This document shows, piece after piece, positions 10,587-19,905 of a stretch of DNA of 20,000 nucleotides. The DNA comes from Catajapyx aquilonaris (Eukaryota), in assembly GCA_000934665.2 (NCBI GenBank), contig JYFJ02001488.1, forward strand, positions 58,212 through 78,211. Direction: 5' to 3'. Every line of letters begins with the position of its first letter. Positions within the stretch are counted from its first letter, which is position 1. The notes beneath the pieces are model-generated. The model ran no database searches. It saw nothing but the letters and a program-made list of their open reading frames with translations, and had not been told where the DNA came from. Position numbers and translations under genes: made by a program.

Positions 10587-11541
10587 ATGACTCGCTTTGG
10601 AAAAGGAGTAAATTACTTCAAGGCCATTAGTATTTCCATACTTCCTTGGAAGAAGAAAAAGCCAAGGATTACTCCCGTGTACCCTTGGGAAAGAGAACTG
10701 GGATTGACTTCAATCAATCATGAACTTCTCTCCCACTCTGAAGAGTCACGTCGTAAGCACAAATTCAACTCTGAGTTTGTGTACAACTGTGTGAAAGATT
10801 ACTGCGACAACACCTCCCTGCATGGATTCAAGTACATTACCGAGGATTCGAATTTTAATCTTGAAAGGTAGGTATAGTTGCCGAACCTGTGTCAGAATAT
10901 TTTTAAACCCAATATTAACAGTCTCGTTATATTTCAGAATAATCTGGATATTATTTTGCATAGGGGCAACAATTGGAACAGTATTCTTCCTAAAACCCGC
11001 CTTTGTTAAATACATGCAGGTCCCTATTTCCACCAGCATTGAATCAGTGGCGGAACCCATTTGGGGAGTACCATTTCCAGGAGTTACCATATGCAACGTA
11101 AACAAGGCGGATAGACATGAACTTGATTCAGTTGTACAATCAGAGAGGTATTTAATGTGCAGGCTTCACACTGCCAATTTTATGAGCATAAGCTATGGAT
11201 AACGATGACATCATTAGTGTTCAAGTCAATACGTTATCCTTAACCTGAGTTCATACAACTGCGGCTGTGAGCAAAAGCATTTTAACTTACATTAGTAACA
11301 CAAGTCTCTTTTAGGTGGAGAAAATATCGCCCAGATGTTATTCGAGAACTTGTCAAATACGTGGCTCAAATTGGCAAGACCAATCGAGACTCGCTGGATG
11401 TACCTGTAGAAGATGTCGCAGCCGTCATTGAGGAAGAGGTGAAAGTAGCAGGTCTGGCAATGTTGATGAGGGAGGTAAGAGGAAGGATTTCTCATTCACT
11501 ACGTAGACAAGTTACTTCTATATGAGTAGTAACAATTTTGC

Positions 11542-11619
<78 letters not shown>

Positions 11620-14600
11620 GCATTCCACGTCAAGCGGCACACCTTCCGCTAAATCTTTGAGGACCTTGACCAAAATGTAGTGACGTGTACTACACATCGA
11701 CCTGTGCAGGAATCCAAATTATTATCCCTCTGCGTTGCGTGGTTGCGTAACTGCAGGGTGTCAAATGTGCCAGTTTTTGGACATTTTTGCTACGTTTGCT
11801 CTGACTTACATGGCCATATCTCCTAGACGGTCAGGTCAAATATAACATTTTATATGTGTATTCGAAGGGTAATCTTCCGCTCTATGAGATGGCCGTACTC
11901 AAAATGGAAAAATCCAAAAACTTTAAATCAAAGATGACGGCCAATTTTTGATTTTGATATTGGTCATGAATCGACCCCTGCGATTTCTTTTGAATGGCAC
12001 TTAAAATGACAAGGGCAATGTTTACTTTACATTTACGAAAAATCTGGAGAACCCTTTTTTGATCTTTGCCGACAATAATAACTTTTTTGGTTCCAAACGC
12101 GTCCCGTCAGTGTGGTCACCTCATTTGGAGGACCATAACTAGGAGAAGGTCAGGTCAAATCTTATATTTGATATGCGTATTCGGAAGGTATTTTTATGCC
12201 CCAGGAGATGGTTATACTCAAAATGGAAAAATCCAAAAACTTTAAATCGAAGATGACGGCCAATTTTGATTTTTATTTTGATCAATAATCGACCCCTACG
12301 ATATCTTTTGAATGGGACTCAAAATGATCAGGGTAATGTTTACTTGAGATTTCCGCAAAATCTGGAGAACCCTTTTTTGAACATTGCAAATATAAAAACA
12401 TTTTAATGGCGAGACGCATGCCGTAAATGTCAATTTGCAATAAAATTACTCCAAATTTGTTGAGTTAAATATTCATGTTGCACGTACTCCAGGTACGATG
12501 CAGGTACGTACTGCATGTATGATGCAGGTAATGATAATGCCGGATTCTATCACTCTACATAAATATAATAAACACCTATTTCGTCTCAGTTAACTTTGAG
12601 ACTTACCTTTTTAGTATGTCACTAAAATCGGTATTTATTAATTATTATTGCCAAGGTAGAGTGCTAGAATCAGGCATTCTCATTATGTGTAGTTTGAATT
12701 TTTAACGCAGCAGATTTGGAGTAATTTTATTGATAATTGATGTGACTACATTTACTCTCGCAACTCTTTCAACTAAAATGTTTTTATATTTGGGAATTAC
12801 TTAAAAAAAGGTTCTCCAGATTTTGCGGAAATCTCAAGTAAACATTACCCTGATCATTTTGAGTCCCATTCAAAAGATATCGTAGGGGTCGATTATTGAT
12901 CAAAATCAAAATCAAAATTGGCCGTCATCTTCGATTTAAAGTTTTTGGATTTTTCCATTTTGAGTATAACCATCTCCTGGGGCATAAAAATACCTTCCGA
13001 ATACGCATATCAAATATAAGATTTGACCTGACCTTCTCCTAGTTATGGTCCTCCAAATGAGGTGACCACACTGACGGGACGCGTTTGGAACCAAAAAAGT
13101 TATTATTGTCGGCAAAGATCAAAAAAGGGTTCTCCAGATTTTTCGTAAATGTAAAGTGAACATTGCCCTTGTCATTTTAAGTGCCATTCAAAAGAAATCG
13201 CAGGGGTCGATTCATGACCAATATCAAAATCAAAAATTGGCCGTCATCTTTGATTTAAAGTTTTTGGATTTTTCCATTTTGAGTACGGCCATCTCATAGA
13301 GCGGAAGATTACCCTTCGAATACACATATAAAATGTTATATTTGACCTGACCGTCTAGGAGATATGGCCATGTAAGTCAGAGCAAACGTAGCAAGAATGT
13401 CCAAAAACTGGCACATTTGACACCCTGCAGTTACGCAACCACGCAACGCAGAGGGATAATAATTTGGATTCCTGCACAGGTCGATGTGTAGTACACGTCA
13501 CTACATTTTGGTCAAGGTCCTCAAAGATTTAGCGGAAGGTGTGCCGCTTGACGTGGAATGCCTCATATATATCAAAACGCTTCAGTGTGATGTATCATAC
13601 ATGATCACAATCTTCCGCCAATTTTACTTGGGTATCCACTTAAGTACACGACTGACTTTCTGGGTCGCCCTGGAGGAAAAAAAAGCATTAAAAAAGTAAC
13701 ACAACAGCAAAGGCCTATATGGTGAATAATTTTGGTACACATTTCAGGTGCAGGAGTCTATTGAAAATATGGCACTTAGATGTTGGTGGCTAAGCAGAAT
13801 TGTGAACTGCTCTGAAGTATTTGAACTGAGAAGCACTGACGATGGATACTGCTGGGGCTTTAATTCAGTGTCGCTGACAATGAAGGACGAAGCGTAAGTG
13901 GATAATATGGCACACCTTGCTTATTTTATTGACTTATCGTTGCAAATAAAAAATCCTTTGTCACATGTTCATGTACACTCTTTTTCAGTTGAGTGTCCTC
14001 AGTGGTTAGCAATTCTTCGAACTACACGAGCCTTCAAAGCAATGGGTGGAATTTTTGTCCCACTTCAAGTTAATGCTAACTTAGCAGTAACAGTGTTCGG
14101 GATGGTTACTGCTAAGTTAGCAGTAACTAATAGTGGGGCGAAAATTCCTTCCACCCAATTTCTTTGGATTTTGGAAACACTATAGCTTATGAGATTATTA
14201 AAAATTGCCTGCTAATATGACATAGTATGATTGCATCGTTTAACGAATTACTGTATCATAAGTGTGCAATATTATCCAGTCATTTTTCTCAGGTGTAAGT
14301 CTAGAATCGTCTGTATACCATCGACAAAAGTGAAGTACTGTGTAATGCATTTTCAGAACTCACGATGATTTTAAGCCTGAAGTTGTAAACGGAGCCGGAC
14401 CAAACATCGGATTAACAGTATTGTTGAACCCTGAAGTGAATAGATATTCTTCCTACACTAATAACGTGTATGGATTCAAGGTACTTGCCACCATCAGTAA
14501 TGTGCTTATGGTCAAAAATTCTAACAATGTATAATAATTATTGTGAAAGTTTTCCCTGATGTTACGTATAAAAAATATTTCTCTACTGTATACACAGGTG

Positions 14601-15627
14601 CGGATTCACCATCCTATGAATTTTGCTAACATTGCAACCAAGGCCTTCTTATTGGAGTCGGGCAAGGAGATGTACGTGGCCGTCACTCCAACAGTCACAC
14701 AAAGCACGACTAATGTTCGAAAAACTCCTGTAACAAAACGATCGTGCCGGTTCGGAGATGAGATATCGTTGAATTACTTTCCAACCTACAGCTACGAAAA
14801 TTGTCGCATGGAGTGCGTCGTAACTTCTATGAGAGAAACCTGCGGCTGCGTTCCTTACATGTATTCTGAATTGAGTGAGTCTCTTACTCGGTATATTTTG
14901 AAAACTTCTCTTACATTATTTTAATCTTTTGCAGAAAACCAAACTCTGTGCCCTTACCAAGGAATAGAATGCATCAATGATCATACAAGTATGCAACAGT
15001 ATGAGATTTAAAGTTTATGATTTTTCCGAACAACATTGTAAGTTACATCTCTCTTTCCAAATGCAGCAAAATTTTTGACTGTGACTCCAGGTAAGATGGT
15101 AGAAGGACTGAAAAAAATAAATTCTATGGATCATTGCGATTGTCCTGCCAGCTGTGAGGAGATCAATTACACTTACGAGTCAAGTGATGCTCGTTTCCCC
15201 AGGTTTCATGATGACCTTGAGTATGTCGACAAAAATATAGACAAGTGAGTAATTCATGGACGAAATTACTAATAACCCAATAATTATTGAGTGCGTAAAT
15301 GACAAATGATACTCTAATCAGGAACAACTTGGTTCTCCTAAACGTGTTCTTCAAGTTAGAAACATTCGTTCTGTACCAAAGGGACGTAATGTACACTGCA
15401 AATGACTTCATAGGTAAGTGTGTAAAGGTGAGTTACAACAACAATAATGACAATCATAACATTCCCGATCTTGTATTTAAGCCTCATTTGGCGGAATAGT
15501 CGGTCTGTTCATCGGATTCAGCTTCGTCAGCATAGCCGAGATCATCTACTTCTTCACTATTAGACCTATCCTTCGATGGAAATTTGCCAAGCCGCATACA
15601 CCCTGGCGTCGAGGACTGATTCGCTAA
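10587..15627 (+). CDS. ppk: DEG/ENaC pickpocket-family channel subunit, copy 3 (~555 aa, 10 coding exons)
   Basis: Exons 10587-10867, 10938-11147, 11315-11474, 13748-13893, 14357-14480, 14598-14874, 14935-14988, 15067-15244, 15322-15413, 15482-15627 (1668 nt, open frame). Intron 3 is enlarged to 2.27 kb by a foldback element. Confidence 0.92.
11542..11616. repeat. Poly(A) run followed by (AT)30 microsatellite
   Basis: About 15 A residues then an uninterrupted AT dinucleotide (11557-11616) directly abutting the foldback element. (AT)4 lies on the other side (13565-13572). Confidence 0.97.
11617..13564. mobile_element. Non-autonomous foldback DNA transposon with ~760-bp TIRs, possibly Sola-like
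   Basis: GAGGCATTCCACGTCAAGCGGCAC... at 11617 is the reverse complement of ...GTGCCGCTTGACGTGGAATGCCTC ending at 13564. Arms 11617-~12378 and ~12803-13564 differ at only about 3-4 positions by eye. It is flanked by ATAT on both sides, absent from the paralogous intron of copy 4 (~17750-17775), and has no transposase ORF. The Sola assignment rests on GAG/CTC termini, long TIRs and a possible 4-bp TSD, and is tentative. Confidence 0.9.
11812..12380. repeat. Internal direct repeat within the foldback arm (two ~250-bp diverged copies, period ~319 bp), mirrored in the right arm
   Basis: GGTCAGGTCAAAT occurs at 11829 and 12148. TACTCAAAATGGAAAAATCCAAAAACTTTAAATC and AAAATCTGGAGAACCCTTTTTTGA each occur twice per arm. 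Confidence 0.9.
14041..14160. repeat. Imperfect inverted repeat (hairpin) in intron 4 of copy 3
   Basis: GTTAATGCTAACTTAGCAGTAAC (14069-14091) pairs with GTTACTGCTAAGTTAGCAGTAAC (14105-14127). Outer arms are GGAATTTTTGTCCCACT and AGTGGGGCGAAAATTCC. Confidence 0.8.
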
Positions 15628-16159
15628 CAATCATCATGTGAAAGTGCAAAAAATGTCTGGAGAGGACTAAACAAAAAGGGCTTGGTAGCGTAGGCCAGAT
15701 GTTAATATTGTATTTTATGTATACACTATTCTCCTTTTCTGCCTCTGTACACACATTAAATTAAATTAAATTCTTTGTTGAAAAATGTTCATGAATGTTT
15801 CATTGTGTTCAGTGGACAGCTGAACTTTCAAACTCACCACCACAGCGAAGGACACTGACCTACATCAAAAGTCAATCATTTTGTAAATAAAACAACCATT
15901 TTCGAATGATGCGTTTCACTTTTAGATGCGGGTCTGTATAATTATGCTTGAACGTAATTTTTCTTTTCTGAACAATTTAATTGATAAAACCAAATAGCGA
16001 AGATTTGGTCGGCAAGGAAAATATTTGCCGATCGGAGCAACTATGACTATGGCATAGTCAGTGAACAGATTTCACAACACGATATTGATTTGCATCACTT
16101 ATGAAAACACTGCAGTTTCTTTGGTATCATATCACACCAATTTCAAGTAGTCAAAATAC

Positions 16160-16210
16160 TCGGTCTCCCAGATGACGCCAATAGAGTTTCCAATACCTTC
16201 TTATATAAAG
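16160..16210 (+). promoter_or_regulatory. Conserved upstream motif plus TATA-like box of copy 4
   Basis: TCGGTCT CCCA GATGACGCCA (16160-16180), then TATATAAAG (16202-16210) about 30-35 bp before the start of similarity to the copy 3 leader exon. Confidence 0.5.
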
Positions 16211-16292
16211 ATGTTTATTTCACGCTCTTAAGGCTGTTGTCAAGTTTTACCAACCACTGACGTGCAGAATTTATAACTGAGTCGTCAAGAAG

Positions 16293-16537
16293 GTGTGATA
16301 CAATTCAGACGGAGAGGGACCGATGCATATGAGGTGAGGTATTATATTATTTTATCTTGAGAAAGTCTTTAATACCAAAATTTGCAATATAAAAATGATC
16401 GTATTCATATGAGGTGAGGTATTATTTTGTCTTGGGAAAGTCTTTAATAGCAAATTTTGCACTTAAAGACTTTCCCAAGACAAAATAATACCTCACGCCA
16501 TATGCATCGGCCCCTCTCCGTCTGAATTGCATCACAC
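16293..16537. repeat. Direct plus inverted duplication spanning the predicted leader exon/intron junction of copy 4
   Basis: 16463-16537 is the reverse complement of 16293-16372 with a few mismatches and one indel. 16406-16461 is a direct duplicate of 16326-16386. 16414-16447 pairs perfectly (34 bp) with 16463-16496. Confidence 0.9.
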
Positions 16538-16796
16538 ATTTATGCCCTAATTCAATAGATGTATTCCATGGTAAACTCTATGGAGAGTACATAATTCACA
16601 CATGAATATAAAATCATTGTATGAAATGCCTAACATGCTCCTTTCTGCAAAGTACTGAACTAGTGAACTAAATATTCGTAGTGCTCAAGTACATGTGCTA
16701 ATATCATGTATGTTTTGAATGGTTAGACGTTAGAGTATGTGAGGGCCTATAAAACTTAACGAAACTTTTCCAGGTTACGGATATGATGTTGCCAAT

Positions 16797-19792
16797 ATGA
16801 CTCGCATTGGAAAAGGGGTAAATTACTTCAAGGCCATTAGTATTTCCATACTTCCTTGGAAGAAGAAAAAGCCAAGGATTACTCCCGTGTACCCTTGGGA
16901 AAGAGAACTGGGATTGACTTCAATCAATCATGAACTTCTCTCCCACTCTGAAGAGTCACGTCGTAAGCACAAATTCAACTCTGAGTTTGTGTACAACTGT
17001 GTGAAAGATTACTGCGACAACACCTCACTGCACGGATTCAAGTACATTACCGAGGATTCGAATTTTAATCTTGAAAGGTACATATAGTTGCCGAACCTGT
17101 GTCAGAATATTTTTAAACCCAATATTAACTGTCTCGTTATATTTCAGAATAATCTGGATATTATTTTGCATAGGGGCAACAATTGGAACAGTATTCTTCC
17201 TAAAACCCGCCTTTGTTAAATACATGCAGGTCCCTATTTCCACCAGCATTGAATCAGTGGCGGAACCCATTTGGGGAGTACCATTTCCAGGAGTTACCAT
17301 ATGCAACGTAAACAAGGCGGATAGACATAAACTTGATTCAGTTGTACAATCAGAGAGGTATTTAATGTGCAGGCTTCACACTGCCAATTTTATGAGCATA
17401 AGCTATGGATAACGATGACATTAGTGTTCAAGTCAATACGTTATCCTTAACCTGAGTTCATACAACTGCGGCTGTGAAGCAAAAGCACTTTAACTTACAT
17501 TAGTAACACAAGTCTCTTTTAGGTGGAGAAAATATCGCCCAGATGTTATTCGAGAACTTGTCAAATACGTGGCTCAAATTGGCAAAACTAATCGAGACTC
17601 GCTGGATGTACCTGTGGAAGATGTCGCAGCCGTCATTGAGGAAGAGGTGAAAGTAGCAGGTCTGGCAATGTTGATGAGGGAGGTAAGAGGAAGAATTTCT
17701 CATTCAATACGTAGACAAGTTACTTCTATATGAGAAGGAACAATTTTGCAAAACAAAATAATCTTCTATCAAAACGCTTCAGTGTGATGTAACTAATCAC
17801 AATCTTCCGCCAAGTTTACTTGAATATCCACATAGGTACACCTGTCTGGGTAGCCCTTAAAAATACATTTTTTTACGTAATAACAGAACAGCAAAGACCT
17901 GTATGTTAAATAATTTTGGTACACATTTCAGGTGATGGAGCCAATTGAAAATATGGCACTTAGATGTTGGTGGCTAAGCAGAATTGTCAACTGCTCTGAA
18001 GTATTTGAACTGAGAAGCACTGACGATGGATACTGCTGGGGCTTTAATTCAGTGTCGCTGACAATGAAGCACCACGCGTGAGTGGATAATATGGCACACC
18101 TTGCGTATTTTCTTAACTTATCGTGGCGAAAAAAAATTCATTTGTCACCTGTTCATATCCACTTTGGTTCAGTTGAGTTGTCTTCAGTGGTTAGCAATTT
18201 TTCGAACTACACGAGCCTTCAAAGCAATAGCTGGAATTTTTGTCCCACTCCTAGTTAATGCTAACTTAGCAGTGACTAAAGTGGGACGAAAATTCCTTCC
18301 ACCCAATTTCTTTAGATATTAGAAACACTATAACTTATGAGATTATCAAAAATGCCTGCTAATATGATGCCTGCTAATATGATGATGAGATAATGATTGA
18401 ATCATTTAAATTATTATAACATAATGAAGTGTGTAATATTATTCAGTCATTTATCTCAGGAGTGTCTAGAATAGTCTCTAACATCGACAAAAGCGAAGTT
18501 CTATATAATGTATTTTCAGAGCTCACGATGATTTTAAGCCTGACGTTGTAAACGGAGCCGGACCAAACATAGGATTAACAGTATTGTTGAACCCTGATGT
18601 GAATAGATATTCTTCCTACACTAATAACGTATATGGATTCAAGGTACTTGCCACCAGTAATGTGATTATGGTGAAAAATTCTAACAATGTAATTGTGAAA
18701 GGTATCCCTGATATACGTATAAAAATATTTCTCTACGGTATACACAGGTGCGGATTCACCACCCAATGGATTTTCCAAACATTGCAACCAAGGCCTTCTT
18801 ATTGGAGTCGGGCAAGGAGATGTACGTGGCCGTCACTCCAACAGTTACACGAAGCACGACTAATGTTCGAGAAACTCCTCTAGAAAAACGATTGTGTCGT
18901 TTCGGAGATGAGATATCGTTGAATTACTTTCCAACGTACAGCTACGAAAATTGTCGGATGGAGTGTGTCGTAACTTCTATGAGAGAAACCTGCGGCTGCG
19001 TTCCTTACATGTATTCTGAATTGAGTGAGTCCCTTACTCGGTATCTTTTGAAAAGTTCTCTTACATTATTTTAATCTTTTGCAGAAAACCAAACTCTGTG
19101 CCATTACAGAGGAATAGAATGCATCAATGATCATACAAGTATGCAACAGTATCAGTTTTAAAGTTTATGATTTTTCCGAACTACATTGTGAGATGTTACA
19201 TCTCTCTTTCCAAATGCAGCAAAATTTTTGACTGTGACTCCAGGTAAGATAGTAGAAGGACTGAAAAAAATCGATTCTATGGATCATTGCGACTGTCCTG
19301 CCAGCTGTGAGGAGATCAATTACACTTACGAGTCAAGTGATGCTCGTTTCCCCAGGTTTCATGATGACCTTGATTATGTCGACAAAAATATAGACAAGTG
19401 AGTAATTCATGGACAATATTACTAATACCCCAATAATTATTGAATGCGTAAATGACAAATGATACTCTAATCAGGAACAACTTGGTTCTCCTACACGTGT
19501 TCTTCAAATTAGAAACATTCGTTCTGTACCAAAGGGATGTAATGTTCACTGCAAATGATTTCATTGGTAAGTTTGTCAAAGTCGATCAAAGTGCGTCAGA
19601 ACCACACGTGATAATCATAACATTCTCGATCCTTTATTATTTTAAGCTTCATTCGGTGGAATAGTCGGTCTGTTCATCGGATTCAGCTTCGTCAGCATAG
19701 CCGAGATCATCTATTTCTTTACTATCAGACCAATCCTTCGGTGGAAATTTTCCAAGCCGCATACACCCTGGCGTCGAGAAATGATTCGCTAA
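16797..19792 (+). CDS. ppk: DEG/ENaC pickpocket-family channel subunit, copy 4 (~555 aa, 10 coding exons), recent paralogue of copy 3
   Basis: Exons 16797-17077, 17148-17357, 17523-17682, 17932-18077, 18520-18643, 18748-19024, 19085-19138, 19220-19397, 19475-19566, 19647-19792 (1668 nt, open frame). Exon sizes are identical to copy 3. Confidence 0.93.
18233..18296. repeat. Shorter version of the intron-4 hairpin in copy 4
   Basis: GGAATTTTTGTCCCACT-CC-TAGTTAATGCTAA-C-TTAGCAGTGACTA-A-AGTGGGACGAAAATTCC. Confidence 0.75.
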
Positions 19793-19905
19793 CAATTTCC
19801 ATGTAATCCTGTCACAAAATGCCCGATTGAGTCAAAACGGATTGCTTCAAAAAGCTGGCATTGTTACTGAAAATGCACCTCAAACATGTTGTTGGCTACG
19901 GAACA

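Noticed and set aside
10746..11495. Antisense ORFs repeated in copies 3 and 4 (also 15163-15411, 17025-17703, 19316-19579)
   Set aside because: They are shadows of the sense coding exons; their recurrence reflects the gene duplication.
11812..12380. Repeats within the foldback arm as a CRISPR-like or satellite array
   Set aside because: Only two long diverged units per arm in a eukaryotic TE, with no repeat-spacer structure.
16044..16060. Perfect palindrome TGACTATG-G-CATAGTCA upstream of copy 4
   Set aside because: Not present upstream of the other copies; an 8-bp stem can arise by chance in 20 kb.
18352..18381. 15-bp tandem duplication ATGCCTGCTAATATG x2 in copy 4 intron 4
   Set aside because: An ordinary slippage event with no evident function.
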